A DNA stretch of 64,000 nt, taken from contig NC_092677.1 of assembly GCF_964355755.1 (NCBI RefSeq), forward strand, positions 26,275,175 through 26,339,174. Reading direction: 5' to 3'. A model generated the notes under the pieces. The model had not been told where the DNA came from. It did not search any database and saw only the letters and a list, made by a program, of their open reading frames with translations. Source of the DNA: Antedon mediterranea. Taxonomy: Eukaryota; Animalia; Echinodermata. Below, one piece after another: positions 38,886 to 49,692 of this stretch. Every line of letters starts with the position of its first letter. Position 1 is the first letter of the stretch. The translations under genes were made by a program, and so were the position numbers.

Positions 38886-41800
38886 TTATTGAGTAATGCT
38901 AGGAGTTAGTTTGTATTTACGTAGGCCAATTCCTATTTCGCTGTCATTTGTAACAATAAGAATGTCTTCTCCGCTACTATATTTAGTAATACACATTCCG
39001 CGTGGTCTTAGAAGATCAAAATCACAATTTTTCTCGAGGTTATTAGATATCTCACCATAAAGTTTTTCATTCGCGTCGTACATCACTACACCATGTTTAA
39101 AGTCGTCCTTCTCTCTTGGACTATCATCAATAACACTTAGGAATATATTGTCTGCCGAATCAACAACCACACCTCTTACAAGATGTTGAACTGGCACTGA
39201 TCTAAGAAAGGTACCGGAACCATCAAATATTTGTAAACGACGGTTGCCACTATCTCCAACAATCCATTCATCTTTGCTATTAATGGCTACAAAATAAGGG
39301 CGCCTAAACTGTCCATCGCCTCTTCCTTCAGAACCAACTTTACGCTTAAATTCACCGTCAATTCCGAAAATGCAAATGCAGCATTGCTCGTAATCTACAA
39401 CTACTATTTCGTCATTTCTTGTTAACGCAATGCCAGTTGGTTTCTTCAAGACTTCTTCACCAAAACGATGACGTACTCGACCATCTGTATCGCATACAAA
39501 CACTTCGGTTTTTCTTCGGTTACCCGCACTTGGCGGATCTTCTGATTTGTCATCCTTATCGATTTTGATTTTGTGGTTATTATCGGTAATGTACAGCAAG
39601 CCTTTGTTCGATATCGCTATCCCGAATGCGTGGAAATCTCCAAATTCAGTTTCTTTGATTTCGAACGACCGAAAATGTTCACCAGATCTGTCGATTACGT
39701 TAACGCAACCCGTACGTTTGTTTGTGACGAAGATTTCGTCACCAAAAGCTGCGACATCATGTGCATGGTCGTGTTTCGGTTCTCCAAATACGCTACTGGG
39801 CTGACGTAACGGTGGAAATTGAATGCTATTTGATGCCACCTTGGCCTAAGTAGAAAAATCAACACCTAAGATAATCAAGTGGCTAGAAAAGTGCAAATTA
39901 TCATTTAAAATGTATAAGGTGGAAGTAGGCCTACGTTTACCTAAATTCAACACGGCACGCCTTTGGGAAAAAATCAAACGAAACGAATAGAAAGAAATCG
40001 TCCATGCATTATTTAAAATAAAGTCATTGTTACTAAGATACCGTACAGTTTTCCAAAAACATAAACCAACCTATGGTGCCAGTAGTAGGCCTACCTTGAA
40101 ATATAAATACTGTATATCATATGCATAATGCGTGTCTTTATACTTTGCCCTGAACGTCCGCTAACAACTAAAGAGAACACTTGCACTTATTTATTGATTG
40201 TATCTCATATTCGAATGCGAAGTCAAAAAGTATAAATAAATTACACCATTGTAGTCTGTTTTTATACGAAGTAATTAATTAAAATCATAGGCTTAAAACC
40301 CTTCAAAATATTTCAAAGGCATAAACCGCCTTCCGTATTATTTTAAAATAAATGTATATTATATCGAGTGTATCGACAGACCGACATAGTGAACTATAGA
40401 GTCGTTGTGATCGATAATGTGATTCAACACTTTGTACTCGAGGAAACCGAAACATTATATGACATTAAAATAGTTAGGCATATGCGTGCGCATTATGCGT
40501 GTTAGTATGACAATATATCGTTCCAGAGAACTAATCATCGCAGATCTTCTTTTCCTGTTTTCCACACAAGGCGAATTTGTTCGCGGGAATCGAAAGCGTC
40601 AGTTTATACGTATGTGTATTCAGGTTTTCTTCTTCCAAAACCTCCTCTCTGCTACCTCTTTGAGTTTTTCGCTTCAGCGAAATTGTAGTTCGAATTGTTT
40701 CAACTTTTTGCGAAGCAAAACATTGCGCAACCAATCAGAGCTCAGAAATGAGTTATGACGCGTTCATGAGCACTCATGCGAATCGAAAAGCTCAGCAGAC
40801 ACGCGATGAAAATCACAGATCCCCACTCTTCTTGTAGTGGTGCAAAGGGTATAGGCCTATACAATTTTTATCTGCGAAACGTTGGATTCATTTGCCTAGT
40901 GGAAAACGGGCTTAAAACTAGTATCTATTATCTTTCTGATAAAATCAATTTTTGAGGACTAAAGTTACTAACCTTTTTTTCGCTCGTTTGTTGTTTTTCA
41001 ACTTCATCCTTGGGTTGTTCTTCTTGTTTCTATAGTAACAAACATGTTATCATTCATGTTAGAAACATATACATTTAATGTCATGAGGAAACAGTAAGAA
41101 ATTAGAATAGTAAGGATCTGAACAAAAGAAAAATCATTGATAAACACGGTTAAAAAATTAATAATCATCATTTAATTTTCTATTTTTCAAATAATTATTA
41201 TAAAAATAAATGTATTGGTCTCATTGGTGAATCCCTAGATGCGTAGGATTAGGGATCATGTTAAGACATTAATATTAATGGGGTTTCTAAGGTAGAACTA
41301 CCGCCCCCACCCCACCCCGGCTCTGATGAATAAATACTCATTTAAAACCCTTGTTTTTTTAAATACCATTCTTGGTTTGTATTGCCGTTAAGTTATGTAA
41401 TCCATAATTATACAAATGCATTAATGGAGTCTAATTAAATATATATGGCATAGAATATATATTTAACCTTCCTTCAAATAATGATCTAAATAGTATGAAC
41501 AAATTCGCCTAGTGGCTTTAAATTAGTTTCCTAGATATCTCGAAAACTAAGTAATCTTAGGTCTTTTTTTTATAGACACTCCTGACATAACATGTAGCTA
41601 ATTATGCTTTGTATTGGTTAAAAATACTGGATTTATTGCATTATATTGATTAAAAATAGCAAGTGGCATTTAACTGATAAAATTTATTTTTGAGGACTAA
41701 AGTTACCAACCATTTTTTTACTATGTAATTGTAGTGTTCCACGTTTGGCTTCGGCGGCTTGTTCTTTCAAGTTTTCCTCTTTCTACAATAAAAAGCATGT

Positions 41801-42505
41801 TATCATTCGTGTGAGAAACATATACATTTAATGTCATGAGAAAACAGTAAGAAATTAGAATAGCAGGGATCTGTAAAAAAAGAAAAATCATTGATAAACA
41901 CAAAATAAGAGTCCTAAAAAACCATATTAGCTAAATACTAAATAATGAGTATGAAATATTATAATCAATAGTGCACTGTGAATCCGTATTTAGTGAAAGT
42001 CTAACCAATGTTAAGGCATTTAATGGGTTCTTTTTCCTAGAAAAGGGGAGGTCAAATTCGTCAGGCTTGCTTGCTTCAAAATAGACAAAATACAATGTGT
42101 ATTTACGTAAACCGAAAAATGAAATTAGATCAATTTACCATAGATCCATCTTTAGAAGATTGTTCAACATTTTTAACTGCAGACCGAATGTTCACAATTT
42201 GGCCAGCCTTCAGTTTGCAGTTCTTCAACAGCTCATCAGAGGCATTTTTTATCTTAGCAAGAGTAACCAGCTGAAAAACAATCAACCAACATACTATATT
42301 CATTTTCGAAAGGAGGATTGTGTAAAAACATTTTAAAAGCACTCAACAAAATGTAATAAATATAGTTTTAAATTAAATGTAAGCAAATGAAAAGGTTAGT
42401 CATTATGATTGTTAATTCACCAACCTCTTCGTCTATTAGGACGTCTATAGTTTCTTCCGTGACGCCTTCGTCTATCATATGTTCATACAGGATTTTGTTT
42501 TCCAT
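38886..42505 (-). CDS. Chimeric SAM-like domain + charged linker + NHL beta-propeller protein, 433 aa, 5 coding exons
   Basis: Exons 42505-42425 (MENKILYEHMIDEGVTEETIDVLIDEE), 42270-42139 (LVTLAKIKNASDELLKNCKLKAGQIVNIRSAVKNVEQSSKDGSM), 41782-41711 (KEENLKEQAAEAKRGTLQLHSKKM), 41029-40973 (KQEEQPKDEVEKQQTSEKK) and 39845-38886 (AKVASNSIQFPPLRQ...NHL repeats). All junctions are phase 0 GT-AG. The ORF-track start at 39839 is GTG, not ATG. The NHL exon is certain; the upstream splicing is inferred. Confidence 0.8.
40553..40912. mobile_element. Harbinger-type MITE, family C, copy 2 (in an intron of the SAM-NHL gene)
   Basis: cctgttttccacacaaggcgaat / attcatttgcctagtggaaaacgggct termini; homologous to 22750-22900. 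Confidence 0.65.
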
Positions 42506-43669
42506 TTTCTATAAGGTTATAGAGCAGCGTTTAATGACTATTTTATCTACTATTTTTGAAAATGTACTTTTGTAATGTAAAATTGACCAGTCTCTGACGT
42601 CACCGGATTACACCTACATTATCTACATTGCGCAGAGTGGTGCTCAAGCGGAGACGATCGATCGCTCACAAATTCTGAAATTCTTTAATTACAGCAGGTT
42701 AACGATATATGATAGGATAGCTTGTTTGACTTTACCAACAATTTCAAGCTAGACCACGAACTTGATTGTTAGACAATACCTAAAAATTGGCAGGACCTTA
42801 ATATGACCATGGCCATTTTCAATTTCACCAGAAATAGGCATAATATAATAAGATTTTGTTACTTACCTTTTGTGTTGCTCTGAATATCCGCCAGCACCAA
42901 CTGAGGCGAAGTTAATTATGCACATTATTGTCATCATTTGCATTGTTAGTATTGACGTACCATAGTTTCTATGTACTAACCAAAGTATATTTCTGAGAAG
43001 AGCATTGTATTATTGCAATCTGTAAAGCTTTTGTAAACTAGTGGCAAACGTAAACATTGATAAAACATCAAATGATCACCTGATATTTGCATAACATATC
43101 GATGTAAGATAAAACGGAAAGCATATTTACAATGCGTGCAAATGAGTTAATTAATAAATAGGCTTACCTAAAATGTCATTTATGTCCAAATAGCCACGGC
43201 AGATGATTAATTTGCGCCGAATACAAAAAGAGCGGAACGTAATGGTCGAATAGAAAAGTGCCGAATGCTAAAAGAGCCGAATAGAACTAATATTTGCTGT
43301 CGAAGGCAGCGGTGGCGTTCCATAGTCGATTGTTTTTTTTTAATTCGACTTATTAAGTCGACATTTCGACTTACTATAAAAAAATATGTCGAATTGTCGA
43401 CATACCGTAGTATATCGAAATTTTGTTATAGTAATAGGATAGTACGTTTACTCATGTGGCATGATTAGGCTTTCGTAGATCACATACGGATAAGATCTGT
43501 AATGCCATTCTCGAGTCAGCCGAAACATCGAAAGTTTAAAAGAAAGAACAGACCACATTACAATCTTGGCTTGCTCAGCCAACAGCCAGTACTCGACTAT
43601 TTAAGAAAGAATCAGAGGAAATCCTTCCAAGAAATTGAATAGAACGTAGCTGATGCTGATTTACAATTA

Positions 43670-43800
43670 TGTTGAATATATTGTCTGCAGAACTGACAAC
43701 ACCTCTTGCGAAATATCGAACTGATCTAAGAAATCGAAATGTACCTGAACCATCAAAGTAAACGATGGTTGTGGCAATCTCACACAATCCAGTCACACCG
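43670..43800 (-). pseudogene. NHL-repeat gene fragment
   Basis: YFDGSGTFRFLRSVRYFARGVVSSADNIF matches the neighbouring paralogs, with indels. Confidence 0.8.
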
Positions 43801-44372
43801 TGGCTAGTTACTGGAACAATACATTATAAATAAAAGAACTTGTAATTTGTTGAGGACGCATTTTTTATTTATTTTTTAATCTTATATATTAATGATTTAA
43901 GAAGCAAATAATTTCATTCTAAGATTTTTGTTCATGCTTTCTTCTATGTTTTTTGTTACTTTAAAACTCAAAATTAAACAAAGACTTATAATTTAGGAAA
44001 ATACGTCTATTTTGCTTTTGAAAGAAGAAATAATTATCTTAAGTTGCCAACTGTGTTTTGCATTAGGCACATACTTATATATATAAATACATTTCCTGAA
44101 TGGGGAAAGAATACATGCAATCTCAACCACAGAAATGAGAAAAAAATACAATATTACAAATAAAAGTTGGATATTATTTGTAGTCGACTATTTTAAGTCT
44201 ACAAGTTACTCTCATGTGACGTGTATAACGATGTAATTTAAATGAATGTCTATCAGTTTGTGTAGAAGATAGTGTATTCGTACCTAGTTCAATCCATTAA
44301 ATTAAAAATTAATTTTTTGCCACTAACACAAGTCGAACACGTTTTAGTCCTCCATGTTTTTTAAACAATTTA

Positions 44373-45743
44373 CTATTTGATCAATTTATATTTATGCAAT
44401 TCCTCTCTGTCACCTGTAACAATAAGAATGTCTTCTCCGCTACCATCTTTAGTGATACACATTCCACGTGGTTGGAAAAGGTCACCTCTGAGATGATCAG
44501 ATACCTCACCATAAAAGTTTCCATTCGAGTCGTACATCATAACAGCATGTTTATAGTTCCTTTTTAACCATGCTCGATCAATAACAACACTGACGAATAT
44601 ATTGTCTGCCGAATCAACAACCACACCTCTTACAAGATGACCAACTGGAACTGGTTTCATAAATCGGACGGTACCAGAATTATCAAATATTTGCAAACGA
44701 CGGTTGTCGCAATCTGAAACAATCCAGTCACCCTTGCTATTAATGGCTACAAACCATGGATGGTTAAACTGTCCATAGTCTTTTCCTTGAGTACAAAATG
44801 TACGTTTAAGTTTACCGTCATTTTCGAACATAAAAAGGCAGCATTGATCGTAATCTACAACTAGTATTTCGTTATTTTTGGTCAATGCAACGCCGTTTGG
44901 TTTCTTCAAGACATCTTTGCCAATACGCTGACGTACTTTGCCACGTGTATCGCATACAAACACTTCGTGGTTGTACATATCGGTTATGTACAACAAGCCT
45001 GTTTTCGATATAGCTATCCCGAATGGTTCGAAAGCGAACATGTTGGTCTCTTTGATTTCGAACGACCGTAGATGTTTACCAGACCGATTGGTTACTACAA
45101 CACAATGACCCCCCTTATCTGTGACAAAGAGTTCCTCCTCAAAAGCTGCAACATCATGTGAATGTTCGTATTTTACTTCTCCAAATACGCTACTGGTTTG
45201 ACGTAACGGTGGAAATATTGTCAACTCTCTTGGCGAGTTCGAGAGGTACGTTCCATTTACAGATGCGTATATCTTGTAAGTACCACTTGAGGTCAGACGG
45301 AACGTATACTCCCGACACGTGTCTTCATTACCATATTCTACAATACCACCACCTGGATAAACCACCTTTATAATAAGGCCTACTCCACTTCTGTCTTCTA
45401 CTGCTTGACCGTTCATGTTCTTCAGTTTAAGCGTAACGGTTGCTCTTGCTTTGTGTTTCTCACATCTTACGTCTTTGATCTTCGATTTGGTGGCGTCAAC
45501 TGGTGAATCTATGGCTTGTAACAAAGCCAACGTTGTACGATCATTTGGAAGATCATGGACGTCGATCCTGCCATACTCATACCTGCATGTTGGGCAAAGT
45601 AGTGATCCTCCAGATGTCTCTTGACATCTTTTTAAACAGTCTTCACAGAATGTATGTTGGCATTCCGGTAGCAGCTTTGGTCTTTCAAATGGTCCCATGT
45701 GAATTGGACATTCGGTTAGAGGTTGAAGGCTATGCAGTGCCAT
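44373..45743 (-). CDS. RING-filamin-NHL protein (TRIM2/3/71-like, without B-box and coiled-coil), putative E3 ubiquitin ligase, 456 aa
   Basis: Single coding exon with a splice acceptor 7 nt before the ATG. RING CPIH...CQHTFCEDC...CPTC; filamin repeat ...SGTYKIYASVNGTYLSNSP; NHL repeats (PFGIAI, KPNGVAL, GQFNHPWFVAINSKGDWIVSDCDNRRLQIFD, PRGMCIT). Confidence 0.93.
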   Translation of the reverse strand: MALHSLQPLTECPIHMGPFERPKLLPECQHTFCEDCLKRCQETSGGSLLCPTCRYEYGRIDVHDLPNDRTTLALLQAIDSPVDATKSKIKDVRCEKHKARATVTLKLKNMNGQAVEDRSGVGLIIKVVYPGGGIVEYGNEDTCREYTFRLTSSGTYKIYASVNGTYLSNSPRELTIFPPLRQTSSVFGEVKYEHSHDVAAFEEELFVTDKGGHCVVVTNRSGKHLRSFEIKETNMFAFEPFGIAISKTGLLYITDMYNHEVFVCDTRGKVRQRIGKDVLKKPNGVALTKNNEILVVDYDQCCLFMFENDGKLKRTFCTQGKDYGQFNHPWFVAINSKGDWIVSDCDNRRLQIFDNSGTVRFMKPVPVGHLVRGVVVDSADNIFVSVVIDRAWLKRNYKHAVMMYDSNGNFYGEVSDHLRGDLFQPRGMCITKDGSGEDILIVTGDREELHKYKLIK

Positions 45744-46872
45744 CTTGTACCTTTAGTTAAGAAAAAAAACATACGAATCAAATGATTTGTCTTAGAAATT
45801 AGGTAGGCCTATACTGGTGATCCAAATGTTGATATACTTAGCTATACGAGATAACCTGTACCCAATATGTTGAAGAGGTGATACTAGGTCAGAGTTTATT
45901 GCCTATGCCTATCACGTGAATAAAATAAATGAAAATAATATGGCTCTAAACGGACTGACCATATAGATATGCATCTACGAACCTAAGTGCGAAAACCAAT
46001 TTTAATCCATACGCTATATGTAGTCCAAAACAGTTTTAATGAAAACACTTTTAACGCACACCTACAATAACAGTCCATCCCGCACGTACAATGGATCGAA
46101 AGTATTGACCACCATTTTATTTCTGATTTCTACCATAACACCAAAGCACAGTACAGTAGATGGAACAGACTGCTCTATTTTTAAGTTTAGTAAAAATGAA
46201 TACGGCTATTTAGTATTTTAAATTTATATGTATAAACATGGTAGTCTACCGGTGGTACATTACCTTTATCCTGAACGTACACATCCGACGAGCTGGCTGC
46301 AGGCTAAGGGTAGGCCTAACGATTGACGGTCTTATCTTGATGTTTGATGTAAGAGCAAAGTTCAGAAATAACAACTATCACAATGGGTACGTATTATCTT
46401 TTTTGGGTATATTACGTCACTATGTACAAATACATTGTACTGTAATAAAACGAATATTTACAGTAGTAGCCTACGTAAAATCATAAACGCGTATATTGCT
46501 TTCTTTAAATTATAAATCAAATATTTCTAAAGAATGATTTGTAATACCACTATGGAAAGATACAGTATTATACAGTAATAATACTTTCGAATACGTATTG
46601 CTTTTTCAGAAGATAAACTAAAAAGTTTGTTAGTTCAAGAAAAACAATACAAAGGTTTCGGAAGACTAAGCGTGGTTCCCATTTTGGAAAACAATTTGCC
46701 GAAACGCAACGACAGAATTTCTTCCAATAGGTCATTTTTTCTTCCGCCTCTGTATGTTTGCGTCACGTACGTACATACGTGCGTCTATACTCACGTACAT
46801 ACGTACGTCTATAAATACGTATGCCACGTGCGTCCATAACTTTATATTGATGTATTTGTTTTTAAATCACTA

Positions 46873-48246
46873 TTAAATCATTTTATATTTGTGCAACGCA
46901 TTACTGTCATCTGTAACTATTAAGATGTGTTCTCCACTATCATCCTCAGTAATACACATTCCACGTGGCCTCAAAAGTTCATCTCTTAGAGATATTTCTC
47001 CATAAAACTTTCCGTTCGCGTGGTACACCATCACCACGTGTTTATAGTTCATTTTTGTCCATCCACTATCAATAACAGAACTGATATAAATCTTGTCTTC
47101 GTGATCAACAACCACACCTCTTACAAGATAGCCAACAGGAATTGATCTAAGAAATCGAAAAGTACCGGAACCATCAAATACTTGTAAACGACGGTTGTTG
47201 CAATCTGAAACAATCCAGTCACCGTTCCCAGTGATAGCTACAAACCATGGATGGTTAAACTGTCCATAATCTTTTCCTCGAGAACCAAATTTTCGTTTAA
47301 ATCTCCCATCATTCTCGAACATGTACAGACAGTAGTCATCATAATCTACAACGAGTATTTCATTATTTTTTGTTAATGAAACGCCATTTGGTTTCTTCAA
47401 GATATCTTTACCAAAACGCTGACGTACTCTGCCACGCGTATCACAAACAAACACTTCGTGGTTGTACATATCGGTTATGTACAGCAAACCTGTGATCGAT
47501 ATGGTTATTCCAAATGGGTCAAAATGTCCCATGTTGGATTCTTTAATTTCGAATGACCGGATTTGTTCACCAGATCTATTCATTACTACAATACAACGAT
47601 TGTATCTGTCTGTGACAAAGATTTCACCATTAAAAGCTGCAATATCATGTGCACCTTTATATTTTGCTTCTCCAAATACGCTACTAGATTGACGTAACGG
47701 TGGAAATATTGTCAATTCTTTTGGAGAGTTCGAGAGGTACATTCCATTTACAGATGCGTATATTTTGTAAGTACCACTCATTGATGGAAGAAACTTATAC
47801 TCATGGCTTGCATTTGTCACCTGACATTGAACTAAATCTCCACTTGGGTTGATTACCTTAACATTTACTCCTCTTCTATCCAAGACTTCTTTACCATCAC
47901 TATCTCTGAGTTTCAGCACGACGGTTGCCCGGGGCTCTTGTTTTTCATACCTTACGTCTTTAATCTTTGATTGAGCTGCATCTGCGGGCGAATCCATTGA
48001 ATCTACAGACGAATCAACAGCCTCTAACAACGCCAACCTTGTATAATCATTTGGAAGTTTACTGACGTCAATTGCAGAATACTCGCGCCTGCATGTTGGA
48101 CAAAGAAGTCCCCCAGAGCTATCTTGACATCGTTTCAAGCAGTCCTCGCAAAATGTATGTTGGCAAGGTAGAACTTTGGGTCTTTCAAATGATTCCATAT
48201 GTATTGGACATTCTGTAAGAGGTTGAATAATATGGAATGACGCCAT
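46873..48246 (-). CDS. RING-filamin-NHL protein paralog, 457 aa
   Basis: Same architecture as 44373-45743; intact ORF; acceptor cttag 8 nt before the ATG. Confidence 0.93.
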   Translation of the reverse strand: MASFHIIQPLTECPIHMESFERPKVLPCQHTFCEDCLKRCQDSSGGLLCPTCRREYSAIDVSKLPNDYTRLALLEAVDSSVDSMDSPADAAQSKIKDVRYEKQEPRATVVLKLRDSDGKEVLDRRGVNVKVINPSGDLVQCQVTNASHEYKFLPSMSGTYKIYASVNGMYLSNSPKELTIFPPLRQSSSVFGEAKYKGAHDIAAFNGEIFVTDRYNRCIVVMNRSGEQIRSFEIKESNMGHFDPFGITISITGLLYITDMYNHEVFVCDTRGRVRQRFGKDILKKPNGVSLTKNNEILVVDYDDYCLYMFENDGRFKRKFGSRGKDYGQFNHPWFVAITGNGDWIVSDCNNRRLQVFDGSGTFRFLRSIPVGYLVRGVVVDHEDKIYISSVIDSGWTKMNYKHVVMVYHANGKFYGEISLRDELLRPRGMCITEDDSGEHILIVTDDSNALHKYKMI

Positions 48247-48996
48247 CTTGTAGCCTAAGTAGAAAAGGCAACATGTAAAACGGTGGTGGTCGAATGTACG
48301 CGGCCGGGATGCAGTTAACTTGCGTTGTGTTTATATTTTAACATCATACGAATATAATAGAGGTATTTGCCTCATCCATGATAATTCAAATAGTTTAGTA
48401 TTGTCGGAGCAAAATTCAATCAATTTAATTCAATTTTGTTTTTAATATATACAATACAATACAAATGAAATCTTTAATAATCAACTAATAATAATATGAG
48501 AAAAAGATTCCCCACTGAATGAATGTTTTGGTTTGATAAAAATATTGTTTCATTTATTATACACAATTTTTAATTGTTTAAAAAAATATATTTCATCAGA
48601 TATACGATCTTTTAAGAATTATATTTTTTTTTAACAATTAAAATTATTAAATCACTGTTTTGTATAATTATAATTCATGACATCCCACATTAACTTCACA
48701 CGCCACCCAGCATAGCGCATTCTCTTCCTGTGCGCTGAGAGAACGATGATTGAATTATACGTATATGCCCAGGGAGGTATAAAAATAATTATTATTTTAT
48801 TTATTTGTATACCTTCATGATATGCCTATCAGTTATAGCCTGCTGTTTTGTATTTTACGATCATTCGGGAAATTACCTCACACGTCTTAATATAATCATT
48901 TCCGATTATGAAAATCAGCATTTCAGGCCCAGCATTTGTGTTGTATCCGACCAATAATAATGATCAGTATAGGCTTACTAACCTGAGTGATCGGCA

Positions 48997-49095
48997 GGCT
49001 TCTAGCGCTGGCCTGTAGCTTGCTTCTAGGCTGCTGGCCTGTAGCTTGCTCCTAGCGCTGGTCTGTAGCTTGCTTTAAGTGCTGGCGTGTAGCTT
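48997..49095. repeat. 24-25 bp minisatellite x4
   Basis: gcttctagcgctggcctgtagctt repeated four times. Confidence 0.85.
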
Positions 49096-49692
49096 ACAAT
49101 TACGGCTGGTTTCTAACGCATTGGTTCATCTCAAAGTCTTCTATTTATAAAAGATGTCGATGTATAACGAAAGCGAACAGGCACAGTATTACACATCGAA
49201 ACCAAAATGTTATGCTTCATTTATTTAACAACAAAATAACAATAGGTTTGCACAATAATAGTCACATACAGTAGCAGACGTGTGCATTCTTACTCTGCAT
49301 ACATTAGTGACGTACCAGGTTCAATCATGCATTAAACATCGGAATCATAACAACTCAGGAAACTAAGCCTATCATTAACATTATTCTACGGCAGTTTGTT
49401 TATATACTAATTTAGTTAGCGGCTTTTTAGGTTAATACATACTGTGTATTGCAGTGACTTATAAATGTCTACGTTAAACAATCTAAAATAATACAATTTA
49501 TTACAGTAGAAAAGTTAATGTAGTAAAATCATTTTAACATGATCACAATGTTACAAACAAGTTTGATTGATCGCCGTGTATTTATGCATTTTTTTAATGG
49601 AAATAATTTCTCTTGTTGCGCAAATAAAATCTATCTTTATTATGAGTGTCCTCATGGAACAAATAAATCATGAGAAAGATTATTTATCATAT

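Noticed and set aside
38886-39839. Stand-alone 317-aa NHL-only gene
   Set aside because: The start codon is GTG, and an in-frame splice acceptor lies 6 nt upstream; better explained as the last exon of the SAM-NHL gene.
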